This document shows positions 27,901 through 37,104 of a stretch of DNA of 64,000 bases, in pieces. The notes under the pieces are model-generated. The model worked only from the letters and a program-made list of their open reading frames with translations, did no database searches and was not told the DNA's origin. The translations under genes were made by a program, and so were the position numbers. The stretch lies in the IMG/VR virus record IMGVR_UViG_3300028384_000675, positions 28,947 to 92,946 of that record. One strand, 5' to 3'. Origin of the DNA: a virus. Position 1 is the stretch's first letter, and each line of letters starts with the position of its first letter.

Positions 27901-30900
27901 ATACTACAGGAACGATTACTTCGTTAACGCCCTGAGTCAATGTATACGCAGGTTCAATACCGCCGAGTGACGGTGCTTGATTCACGTATGTAAAGTCAAA
28001 GTCAGATGTTGTAGAAGTCACATTACCGTTTGAGTCAGTCGCCTTAAAGGTCAACTGGAAAGTAGCATCCTGTTGTGCAGGTGTTACTGTGAAGACATTG
28101 TCAGATTGTGTTACAGTGACACCGTTGAGTTGCGAAGATAGATTATTTGCAGAAACTGAATAACCGAAATAATCTGCTCCTGCGCCATCATATGCTGTTA
28201 GTCTGGTCGGTTGAGCAGAGAGATCATTTATATCATAGACATAAACTACTCCAGTATATGTACTACCAGGACCGCCGTATGCTCCGACAATGATTTGTTC
28301 AGACGTTACCGCAAGACCAGTGCCGAACATATCAGTCGCAGCACCATCAAACGCTGTTAGTTTCGTTGGTTGAGCAGACAGATCGTTTGCGTCAAAGACA
28401 TAAACTGATCCAGATTGCGCCCCTCGGTCATCATCAGCATATGCGCTCACAACTACCTTATCAGAACTTATAGCAACGTGTTGCCCGAACATATCGCTCG
28501 TTGCCCCATCGTATGCTGTTAGTTTCGTTGGTGTCGCAGAAAGATCGTTCGCGTCATAGACATAGGCAGTGCCTGTATTGCTATTATCGCCCCTCGCTCC
28601 GATAACGACCTGACTAGAGGATGCTTCGATTGATATTCCAAACATTTGGTTTTCTGAAGCATCCGGAGATACCAACTTAGTTGGTTGAACAGAAAGGTCT
28701 GACTTATCGAAAACGTATACCGCTCCAGAATTATTTCCGTGATCGTCATCAAACGATCCGACTAATATCTTATCAGCAGTCGTAGCGAATCGATATCCGA
28801 AGTTATCACTCACAGCGCCATCATATGCTGTCAACTTAGTTGGTTGTGCATTAAGGTTATTTATGTCAAAGACATAAACTGCACCGGCATAAGTTGCCTC
28901 TTGATCATCCCAAGAATTTCCGACAATAATTTGATCTTCGGTAACTAGAACACGTTCTCCGAACCTTTTATCTCCTGCTTGATTATGCATATCATATGCT
29001 GTCAGTTTTGTTGGAGTAGCAGAAAGGTTGTTCAAATCGTACACGTAAACTGAACCAGAGTTAGGTTGCCCATCATCATCACCATATGATGTTACAGCTA
29101 ATATATTAGAATTTAAAGAAGAATGCCTGCCGAAGGAATCACCCGCAGCACCATCAAACGCAGTTAGTTTCGTTGGTTGGGCAGATAGATTATTCGCGTC
29201 AAAGACATAAACTGAACCAGAATTAGACCCGTTGTCATCGTCTCCTGCTGCTGACACAACCACATAATTCGTACCAGAGATTACTTCCTCATAACTCCAT
29301 GCGATCGCATCACCTTCTGGATCAGTTCCGACTGCAGTGATCACAGTGTCCTGACCTTGAGTCAACGTGTAAGCAGACTGGATTCCAGTCACCGATGGCG
29401 CTTGGTTGACGTAAGTAAAGTCAAAGTCAGAAGTTGCTGAAGTTGCGTTACCTTCTGAGTCAGTCGCAGTAATGCGTAACTGGAAGTCAGCATCAGCAGT
29501 TCCTGGCGTTACTGTAAACACGTTATCAGATTGTGTTACAGTGACACCGTTGAGTTGTGAAGGAGCAGAAACTGCAGCGACTGCCCAACCGAAACGATCG
29601 TCGTAAGCAGCATCAAATGCGAACAACTTAGTTGGTGCTGCTGATAGATCGTTTCTATCATAAACCCATACTGACCCATTTCTGCCATCGTCCATATTGG
29701 CGCCAATTACAATACTGTCTTCATTTATAGAGATATCTTGTCCGAAGTATTCGGATTCAGTATCGCCATCATCAGGTGCCGTGAGTTTTGTTGGAGCAGC
29801 AGAAAGATCGCTAGTATCATAGACATAAACTGCGCCTTGATAAGCATTACCATTTTCTGATTTTCTTTCTGCACCAACTACAAGAGACCCATGACGTGCA
29901 TCGACCCGCTCTCCAAAGTAACTATTTGACGTTAAATCTGACTCAGTAATAATTGTTGGCGCTGCTGATAGATCACTCAGAGCGTAAGCAAAGACTGCAC
30001 CTTTTCTACCATTATATCCCATGGCACCAACGTAAAGATTAGTGTCATCAGAAGCGAGGTAACAACCTAACTGTAAGTAATCTGTACCATCTTCGAGTTT
30101 TGTTGGTGCTGCTGATAGATCGCTCAGAGAATATACATAAACTGCTCCGTGATTATAAGAACCATGTTGTCGGCAACCAACATAAACATTATTGCTGTCT
30201 ATGTGTACAGCTCTTCCAAATTGATCAGAACTACCGCCATCAGGTGTAACCAACTTGGTAGGAGTTGCACCTAAATTAGAAGCGTCATAGACATAAACTG
30301 CACCGGCATTAGTCGTTTTTGTATCGTCGTTGATTGCAGAGACTACTACATGCGTTTCAGTTGCTGAAATTGCCCAACCCACATTGTCAGACGCAGTTGA
30401 TGGTGATAGTATTGTTGGTGCTGCTGATAGATCGCTTAAATCATAGACGTAGGCGCTACCAAAATTGTTCCCTCCGGTGTCATCGGAATAAGCACCAACG
30501 TAAAGTTTAGTGCTAGTCATAAACATACTCGCACCATAATTGCCGGAAACTGGTGATAATTTAGTTGGTCGAACAGATAAATTGTTAGCATCATAGACAT
30601 AAACTGAACCAGAGTTAGTTCCGTGAACGTCATCGAGCGGTGCACCAACAGCAATATAACTTGATCCAGACTTAACTTCTTCGAACGACCATGTAATCGC
30701 GTCACCTTCTGGATCAGTTGCCGCAGCAGTGATCACAGTATCCTGACCTTGAGTCAGCGTGTAAGCAGACTGGATTCCAGTGACGGTTGGCGCTTGGTTG
30801 ACATAGTCGAAGTTGACCGTTGCTGGTACAGTTGCCGTGTTACCGTTTGAGTCAGTCGCCTTGATGTTCAATGTAAACGAAGCATCCTGAGTTCCTGGCG

Positions 30901-33900
30901 TTACTGTGAACACGTTATCAGACTGTGTTACAGTAGTTCCGTTGAGTGCAGATGATAATACATTATATTCATTAACATTCTTAGAGTCATTGTAGTCCGC
31001 AACAAAAACCTTACCAGATCCGAAACCTATACCCAACTCAGAATAATTATATGAGTATTCAGATGGATTGTATGATCCTGCTAAAGCATTTGTACTTAGA
31101 TCATATATCCTCATCTCACCAGAATTATGATTCAGTATCAAATATCCATCAGAGACAGATATCTGTTCAGATATCTGACTACTAGAATATGAAACTACAT
31201 CAGAGAGTCTATTTCCAGTGGTAGCATCGTATACGAAGATGGTTCTTTGGTCCGAAACATAAATCTTATCGTTCGAAATCTCAACATCCGCTATCTCATT
31301 AACTCCATCGAAATCGATTCTAAATGAACCATTTTGATAATCTGTGATGTCTGGATATACAGTTAAGTGTTTTCCATATGAACTCTTGCTAGCCACTACA
31401 ACCTTATTCTCTTCGGATACTATAACTTCTCCCCATTTAGCATATTCTACAGCACCTTGTGGATCAGCAATCCATCCATCTATTTCAGCATATGTGTTTT
31501 TGTCGTAAATACGAATTGCACCAGATTGGTTTCCTGATTGATGTCTCCCATGAGCACCAACAACAATTCTATCGGTTGTCACAGTGACAGCGAAACCGAA
31601 TTTTTCACCGTTAGATCCAGATGGGTTGTAGATTGATTGGAGTTTATTACCATTCAGGTCTGCAATCACAATACCACCTGCTTGGGTTCCGCCTGTAGGC
31701 GCTAATTGCTCCCCGCCGCTGACAACAATATCGTCCCCAAAGGCAATTGAAGCGCCTAAAAACTGAGATCCGGATGTCGAATCAGGTTCTATTCTATTAA
31801 TCAATTGTCCTGTTTGATGATTGAACAGGAATACTGCTCCTCCATAACTACTATATCCAGTATTACTGATCGCAACGATATCACCGCTTACTTTTACCGT
31901 CTTCCCTGGGCGATCAGAAGACCCCGGATCTGCAAATTTATATGGTGCATAACTGTTTCGAACGAACGATTCAGAAGTTAGAGAAACAGATAGTTGCTCC
32001 TCGAACGACCATGTGATCGCATCACCTTCTGGATCAGTTGCAGCAGCAGTGATCACTGTATCCTGACCCTGAGTCAGCGTATATGCTGCGTCAATACCAG
32101 TAACGGTTGGAGCGAAGTTATGCGCTCTTGCGTCTGCTGTATCATACATTGCAAGAGAAGATCCCAAGAATGCGCGATTAGTTGGATTAGACTGGTGAAT
32201 TGTATTCAGTAGATTACCGCTCATGTCGTATACACGGAGTTCACCAGAAGAAGTCTCTGCTGCATTCTTACCGTAGTCGCCGACAACGATTCTGTTGTTT
32301 GCAACAGAGATTCGAGTGTTGTTGGTAGATGCGATCTTTTGCATATTCGATCCATCAAGGTCGAAGATGTAGAAGTGAGCGGCGTTATCTGAACCGACAA
32401 CAACCTTCTCATGTCCAATTGCGAGACCAGTACCGAAACGGGCAACACTTGTAAGTGCTGGATCGTAGAGTCTTACCTCATTAGATCCATCGAGGTCATA
32501 AAGATAAACCGATCCAGCGAAACTGTTGATTGATCCGCCGTCAGCGATAAACGCAGTAACTGCAATTTTTCCGTTACCAATAGCGATCTCATAATCGCCG
32601 AATTGATCGCTTTCAGTCTGACCATCTGTAGCAGAAATTGTATTTATGAACGTTCCCTGCATGTCATAGATATAAACCTGACCTGAATCTGTAACACCGT
32701 CAGCATCTGCCATTGGAGCGCCGACTACGATTCTTCCATGACCCGCAGCAACTTTCCAACCGAATTTGGTCCAACCGTTCTGACTTCCTGCTCCTGGTAA
32801 TCCAGCAGAAGGTTCAGTAACTTTAATTTCGTTTGAACCATCCAAGTCGTAAATGTAGAATTCCCCTAGTCCAGAACCGCCTTCATAAGTACCGACGATA
32901 ATCTTCCCATCGCTGATTGCGACTGATGTACCGAATAGGGTACTAGGTGCCGAAGGAGTTATCTCTATTGGTTCGTTTGTAGTTGCGAGATCGTATACGA
33001 AGACTCTCTGTTCAGTTCGTTGACCAACAACGAGGATTGTACCGTCGATTGCCATGTTTTCGTCAGCACCGAACTGAGAATCATTATCCATACCTGCTGG
33101 GATGAACAATTCTTTCTCGTTTGATCCGTCAAGGTCAAACGCATACAATTTGTTCGAGTAGTTGTTATTTGATGCTGCTGCAATAATTCTTCCAACAGAA
33201 GTATCATTAACAACTGGTACCGGAATCTCATAATCGAACGTTGGTGTGACCTTAGTAGAATTGCCTTCTGAGTCAGTCGCCTTGATGTTCAATGTAAACG
33301 AAGCATCCTGAGTTCCTGGTGTTACTGTGAATACGTTATCAGATTGTGTGATAGTGACACCGTTGAGTGCAGACGAAGAAACATACCCTACCATATTGTC
33401 ACTAAATGCAACATAAGTATTTGACCCAGAGATTTGATGCGATGTTCCTTGCCCAGTATAGAGATATGTACCAGAACTTAAATCCGCAAAGTCATATACA
33501 TACAATTTTCCGGTGTTATTATTCTCAGTCTTGTCTCCAACAAAGAGTCTATCTCCTGATACGGCAAGATCTGAACCGAATTCATAACCCGTATTGGAAG
33601 GTTTGTATATGATTGCTGGATTGGCACTCAAGTTATTCCTATCGAACACCCATACGCTTCTATCACTTTCTTTCTGGACTATTACATGATCAGAAGAAAG
33701 TGCAACACTTCTACCAAATTTAGCGCTTCTAATAGCAAACAAAGGTACAGATATTGGCGCTGCAGACAAATTTTCAGTATCGTAAATATACGCTGCTCCG
33801 GAGTTTGCCTGAGATCCATTATATTCAAACGGTATACCAACGACAAAATGCGTTCCGAAAGCGGCAATGGAACAGTCTTGTAAAGTTGCAGACGCATTTA

Positions 33901-36406
33901 GTACTGTTGGAGACGCAGATAAATCGTCAAGGTCATATACGACCAAAATTCCATAACTTTGACCTGACGCAGTCGACTGCGAACAGATCAACTTATTACC
34001 CGAAACGACGATATTTTCACCAAAATCACGATTCATTGCAGAATTTGGCGAAGTTAGTACTGTCTTGTTAACAGTATACGGATCGACGGTACCAGAACCT
34101 AAATCATTCAGATCAAATACCCATATTGCACCGCGATTGTTTGTTAATGATGGATGACCTACAATTAGGTGATTATCTGTAATTGCAATTGATTCTGCAG
34201 TAGATTGATACTGTATTTCAACTTCATGGGTAGATAAATCATTTAGGTCATATATTCTTATTGAATTACCACGCTTTCCTGCTAATTTACCGCCGCCAAC
34301 AGTCATCATTATCAGAGGATCTTGAATGGTTTCGATTAGTTCCATTGTAGACGGGTTGTACAAATATGTGTCGTAACTGCTTTTAACAAAAACGCCTGAT
34401 CCCAGTACTTCTTCGAACGACCATGTGATTGCATCGCCTTCTGGATCAGTTCCGACTGCTGTGATCACAGTATCCTGACCTTGAGTCAGTTCATATGTTG
34501 AGTCAACGCCAGCAATTACTGGTGGTTGATTGACATATATGATGTTAGTTGTTACAGATGTTGTGTTGTCTTCAGTGTCAGTCGCAGTAATACGCAAGTT
34601 GAAATCTGCATTTTTCATTTCTGCTGTTGGTGTCACTGTAAACGTGTTATCAGATTGCGTGATAGTGACGCTGCTCGCTGGAGCAGTGTTTGCTGAAACT
34701 CTAATTCCAAAGAAATCCCGATATCCACCATCGAATGCTGTTAACTTGGTTGGTGCTGCGGATAGATCGTTTAGATCATAAACATAAGTCGAACCGGCTT
34801 GATTTTCACTATAACTCGATCCGACGATAACATGATCGTCAGTTATCGCAACATCTGATCCGAAAAATTCGAATTCAGAGTCGCCGTCATCTCCCACATA
34901 CAATTGAGTCGGTTGAGCAGAAAGGTCGCTTAGGTCAAAGACGTAAACAGCACCTTGATACACTTGTCCATCCATTGTTTTTCTATGGGCAGCGATTACA
35001 GCAAAATTTTCGTTCGCTACAATCCTATCTCCGAAGTTGTCTCGACCATGACTAGTTGGTGGAGACGATCCATCAAACGCTGTTAGTTTCGTTGGTTCGG
35101 CAGAAAGGTCGTTTAGGTCATAGACATAAACTGCACCAGTATCGATACCTAGATCGTCGTCACCCACGGCGCCAACAAACAATTTACTGCTTGTCAATTC
35201 AATGTCGGCACCAAATTGGTGCGCGGCACCAGTGTACTGGTTTGTCAACAAATCACTTGGCACGATTTCAGTTGGAGCGGCAGAAAGATCGTTTATATCA
35301 TAAAGGTATACTATACCTTCGTCGACGGTGGGATTCCCAGCATCGTTTGTTCCATCCACCCTAGACACGCCGACAGCAAGATAACTTTCGTTCAAAGACA
35401 TATATTCTCCGAACTTATGTTGATTGCCGCGCGGATCTTCGAGTATCTTAATTGGATCAGCAGACAAATCATTCAAGTCGTAAACATATACAGCACCTTT
35501 GGATCCATTTGACGTACTGATATACCCATCGAACGCACCAACCACAAGTTTGTTACTATTGACAGCGATACGCTTTCCAAATACAGTCCACTCTCCTTGA
35601 TCAGGTGGAACTATTTTTATTGGATCAGCAGAAAGGTCGCTGGTGTCATAAACATAAACTGCGCCGCCGGCACTGAGACCGGAGTCAGTTTTGACATAAG
35701 AACTAATGAAAAGTCTTTCAGGAGTAACTAAAACGTCGCCCGCACCAAACTGATCACTCGCAGCACCATCAAATGCTGTCAACTTAGTTGGCGCTACAGA
35801 TAAATTGTTTGCATCATAGACATAAACTGCACCAGCGTTAGATCCTTTATCATCGTCACCACTTGACGTTACAACTATATAACCGCCGCTTCTAAGTTCT
35901 TCGAACGACCATGTGATCGCATCACCTTCTGGGTCAGTACCAACTGCAGTAATTACGGTGTCCTGACCATATGTCAGATTGTAAGTAGATTGGATTCCAG
36001 AAACGAATGGTGGGAAGTTGATCATCAATTCTGGTTGGAATGATATTGAATCGATTACGTAATCATTCTTACCGTACCAACCAGTGTGGAATTTAAGGTC
36101 TGGATTGTAGTCTGCTGCGGTAGGTCGCATTGATACTGTATCGAGATCAACCGAATCCTTACCATAAATTCCAGTGTGGAATTTAAGGTCTGGATTATAT
36201 GTGGCGTCCGTTGGTTGTAACGATATTGAATCGATTACATAACCGTCACCCTTACCATACCATCCAGTGTGGTATTTTAAATCTTCATTATAATCTGCGG
36301 AAACTGGTCTAATCGAAGTTGTAACGACTACGACTTCCTCTATCTCTGCTTCAAACCAGCTTTGCTTACTTCCTGCTAATGCCGACGTTAGGTGTCTAAA
36401 GCGCAT
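24941..36406 (-). CDS. Giant virion adhesin-like protein: cadherin/Ig-like domains carrying FG-GAP beta-propellers (3821 aa to the first stop; ~4130 codons in total)
   Basis: Many repeats of KLTAFDGAA.D.FG.SVA....IVVGA..DD...GSVYVYD, plus NQAP.V.GI...TDPEGDAITWS / TVTQSDNVFTVTPG...F.L...ATDS.GN domains. Confidence 0.88.
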   Translation of the reverse strand: MRFRHLTSALAGSKQSWFEAEIEEVVVVTTSIRPVSADYNEDLKYHTGWYGKGDGYVIDSISLQPTDATYNPDLKFHTGIYGKDSVDLDTVSMRPTAADYNPDLKFHTGWYGKNDYVIDSISFQPELMINFPPFVSGIQSTYNLTYGQDTVITAVGTDPEGDAITWSFEELRSGGYIVVTSSGDDDKGSNAGAVYVYDANNLSVAPTKLTAFDGAASDQFGAGDVLVTPERLFISSYVKTDSGLSAGGAVYVYDTSDLSADPIKIVPPDQGEWTVFGKRIAVNSNKLVVGAFDGYISTSNGSKGAVYVYDLNDLSADPIKILEDPRGNQHKFGEYMSLNESYLAVGVSRVDGTNDAGNPTVDEGIVYLYDINDLSAAPTEIVPSDLLTNQYTGAAHQFGADIELTSSKLFVGAVGDDDLGIDTGAVYVYDLNDLSAEPTKLTAFDGSSPPTSHGRDNFGDRIVANENFAVIAAHRKTMDGQVYQGAVYVFDLSDLSAQPTQLYVGDDGDSEFEFFGSDVAITDDHVIVGSSYSENQAGSTYVYDLNDLSAAPTKLTAFDGGYRDFFGIRVSANTAPASSVTITQSDNTFTVTPTAEMKNADFNLRITATDTEDNTTSVTTNIIYVNQPPVIAGVDSTYELTQGQDTVITAVGTDPEGDAITWSFEEVLGSGVFVKSSYDTYLYNPSTMELIETIQDPLIMMTVGGGKLAGKRGNSIRIYDLNDLSTHEVEIQYQSTAESIAITDNHLIVGHPSLTNNRGAIWVFDLNDLGSGTVDPYTVNKTVLTSPNSAMNRDFGENIVVSGNKLICSQSTASGQSYGILVVYDLDDLSASPTVLNASATLQDCSIAAFGTHFVVGIPFEYNGSQANSGAAYIYDTENLSAAPISVPLFAIRSAKFGRSVALSSDHVIVQKESDRSVWVFDRNNLSANPAIIYKPSNTGYEFGSDLAVSGDRLFVGDKTENNNTGKLYVYDFADLSSGTYLYTGQGTSHQISGSNTYVAFSDNMVGYVSSSALNGVTITQSDNVFTVTPGTQDASFTLNIKATDSEGNSTKVTPTFDYEIPVPVVNDTSVGRIIAAASNNNYSNKLYAFDLDGSNEKELFIPAGMDNDSQFGADENMAIDGTILVVGQRTEQRVFVYDLATTNEPIEITPSAPSTLFGTSVAISDGKIIVGTYEGGSGLGEFYIYDLDGSNEIKVTEPSAGLPGAGSQNGWTKFGWKVAAGHGRIVVGAPMADADGVTDSGQVYIYDMQGTFINTISATDGQTESDQFGDYEIAIGNGKIAVTAFIADGGSINSFAGSVYLYDLDGSNEVRLYDPALTSVARFGTGLAIGHEKVVVGSDNAAHFYIFDLDGSNMQKIASTNNTRISVANNRIVVGDYGKNAAETSSGELRVYDMSGNLLNTIHQSNPTNRAFLGSSLAMYDTADARAHNFAPTVTGIDAAYTLTQGQDTVITAAATDPEGDAITWSFEEQLSVSLTSESFVRNSYAPYKFADPGSSDRPGKTVKVSGDIVAISNTGYSSYGGAVFLFNHQTGQLINRIEPDSTSGSQFLGASIAFGDDIVVSGGEQLAPTGGTQAGGIVIADLNGNKLQSIYNPSGSNGEKFGFAVTVTTDRIVVGAHGRHQSGNQSGAIRIYDKNTYAEIDGWIADPQGAVEYAKWGEVIVSEENKVVVASKSSYGKHLTVYPDITDYQNGSFRIDFDGVNEIADVEISNDKIYVSDQRTIFVYDATTGNRLSDVVSYSSSQISEQISVSDGYLILNHNSGEMRIYDLSTNALAGSYNPSEYSYNYSELGIGFGSGKVFVADYNDSKNVNEYNVLSSALNGTTVTQSDNVFTVTPGTQDASFTLNIKATDSNGNTATVPATVNFDYVNQAPTVTGIQSAYTLTQGQDTVITAAATDPEGDAITWSFEEVKSGSSYIAVGAPLDDVHGTNSGSVYVYDANNLSVRPTKLSPVSGNYGASMFMTSTKLYVGAYSDDTGGNNFGSAYVYDLSDLSAAPTILSPSTASDNVGWAISATETHVVVSAINDDTKTTNAGAVYVYDASNLGATPTKLVTPDGGSSDQFGRAVHIDSNNVYVGCRQHGSYNHGAVYVYSLSDLSAAPTKLEDGTDYLQLGCYLASDDTNLYVGAMGYNGRKGAVFAYALSDLSAAPTIITESDLTSNSYFGERVDARHGSLVVGAERKSENGNAYQGAVYVYDTSDLSAAPTKLTAPDDGDTESEYFGQDISINEDSIVIGANMDDGRNGSVWVYDRNDLSAAPTKLFAFDAAYDDRFGWAVAAVSAPSQLNGVTVTQSDNVFTVTPGTADADFQLRITATDSEGNATSATSDFDFTYVNQAPSVTGIQSAYTLTQGQDTVITAVGTDPEGDAIAWSYEEVISGTNYVVVSAAGDDDNGSNSGSVYVFDANNLSAQPTKLTAFDGAAGDSFGRHSSLNSNILAVTSYGDDDGQPNSGSVYVYDLNNLSATPTKLTAYDMHNQAGDKRFGERVLVTEDQIIVGNSWDDQEATYAGAVYVFDINNLNAQPTKLTAYDGAVSDNFGYRFATTADKILVGSFDDDHGNNSGAVYVFDKSDLSVQPTKLVSPDASENQMFGISIEASSSQVVIGARGDNSNTGTAYVYDANDLSATPTKLTAYDGATSDMFGQHVAISSDKVVVSAYADDDRGAQSGSVYVFDANDLSAQPTKLTAFDGAATDMFGTGLAVTSEQIIVGAYGGPGSTYTGVVYVYDINDLSAQPTRLTAYDGAGADYFGYSVSANNLSSQLNGVTVTQSDNVFTVTPAQQDATFQLTFKATDSNGNVTSTTSDFDFTYVNQAPSLGGIEPAYTLTQGVNEVIVPVVSDAEGETVTMSYEEVLGEGVPSGMNGTTVTQNGNDFTVTPGQQDANFTLRFTATDESGNQTNFDSEFTLDYNDAPSITGVDSSYTLDQGQDTEITVTTSDSDGDTVSLTYAVTSGDLSGTTVTQAGNVFTITPGDQDATFQLTFTATDTNGAATTATSDITFDYNAAPVITGIESVYTLTQGVDEVIVGMSSDADGDAVTWSFAEVLNGGVPSGLNGTAITQNGGEFTVTPGTADANFTIRFTLTDTAGNTDTRDADFSLTYVNQAPSVTGIDSTYTLTQGQGTVITAAATDPEGDTVTWSYEAVSSTSQDQLFVSAIQSNSYQGYVYVYNPTDLTEEPTLLTAPNGSSAERFGFSMEIDSDKIYIGEMMSDESDETWGGAVYIYDRSDLSAAPTMLTGEAQNNLRFGSGISVTDDLLIIGAYGWGPTTNSNDDYTGKVYIYNKSDLSLQATLTPTNGDHRDYFGLGGGITVTSNHILIGSMGDDDNSTDAGAVYVYDVNTYAFVQKLTAPDASESDRFGGYSIKTYGGKIYISAVTADHNSNGTSGGAVYVYNESDLSFVEKLVAFDAAEGDYFGMSVLPHEDKLFVGAHQRNSSAGAIYVYNINNLSAAPTVLESPATGAMLGYNTTIIGDKLYSSAHRKDASTGGMYVYILSDLSAAPELVNPPAGTGTSISFGFNAVGSVAPSPLGDVTVAQSDNVFTVTPGQQDADFQLTFKATDSEGNVTSVSSDFDFTYVNQAPSVTGIESSYLLTAGGSGTAITAVGTDPEGDAITWSYEEVASGSSYVVVGAWGDGDNGSSSGSVYVYDANNLSATPTKLTAFDAAAGDCFGENVFATADKIIVGARLDDDNGSQSGSVYVYDANNLSATPTKLTAFDGAAGDFFGISIATAADKIIVGAYGEDSYTGSVYVYDINNLSAQPTKLTAFDGAANDKFGYSITTSSDKIVVGANGDDFNGSVYVYDANDLSAQPTKLTAFDGASFDSFG

Positions 36407-36473
36407 TTTACTCTCCCAAAATCTGTTAAAAAAAACAGGAAAACTAAATATTCCCCTATTCTAGTCTTCGTTA

Positions 36474-36932
36474 TTAAACTTCTATTGCTTCGCCAACATA
36501 AGCGCCATAGATCGAAGAACCTACTTTCCAGAGGTTAATAATATGTGTTCCAGCGGTGCTAATAGTGTCAGGCGCTTCACCATTAATCCACTTGGTGGTT
36601 GGCCATGTAATAGCGTGATTATTGCTTTCGATATGAAGTGTAATGCTTTCGCCTGATGCCCAACCTGCTGCATATGAATATGTTGTTGCGCCTGACAGCG
36701 TGTGAACTGCGAGACTTCCGTTAGATGGGTCGATCGAAACTGATGTTCCGTTAAGCGAATCAACGCCTTCAACATAGTTATCAGCAGTTACTGATCCAGA
36801 AAAGGTTGAAGGGACAAGATCTGATACAGTAATTTTCTTAGATACATCCTCACTAACGTCAACGATTGCTACTACGTCGTCGTTTGATGGGGATCCTGAG
36901 AGTTGTGGAAGATCTGTGAATTTAATTGCCAT
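36474..36932 (-). CDS. Small structural/adapter protein with a KISQL-type N-terminal module
   Basis: MAIKFTDLPQL...DDVVAIVDVSEDVSKKITVSDL; C-terminal ITWPTTKWINGEAP domain typical of phage fibre ends; AGGAG RBS. Confidence 0.7.
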   Translation of the reverse strand: MAIKFTDLPQLSGSPSNDDVVAIVDVSEDVSKKITVSDLVPSTFSGSVTADNYVEGVDSLNGTSVSIDPSNGSLAVHTLSGATTYSYAAGWASGESITLHIESNNHAITWPTTKWINGEAPDTISTAGTHIINLWKVGSSIYGAYVGEAIEV

Positions 36933-37084
36933 TTTAGATTTCTCCTAAAATTTTTTTTTAGTTTTAGTTTTATGACGACATTATAGGAATCTAATGTCAG
37001 ATTGACGATTCCATTATAACCACCACATACATCAGAATCTAATTTACGAAAAAAATGTGTGATATGAACAAGCGATTTCTAACT

Positions 37085-37092
37085 TATTTATA
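37085..37092 (-). promoter_or_regulatory. Late promoter TATAAATA heading the adsorption island
   Basis: Exact consensus just after the gp15 stop. Confidence 0.8.
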
Positions 37093-37104
37093 AGAAAAAT
37101 ATTT

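Noticed and set aside
24400-30700. CRISPR array or a complete DGR
   Set aside because: The repeats are in-frame coding blades with synonymous variation, not repeat-spacer units. No cas gene, reverse transcriptase or non-coding template repeat is in the window.
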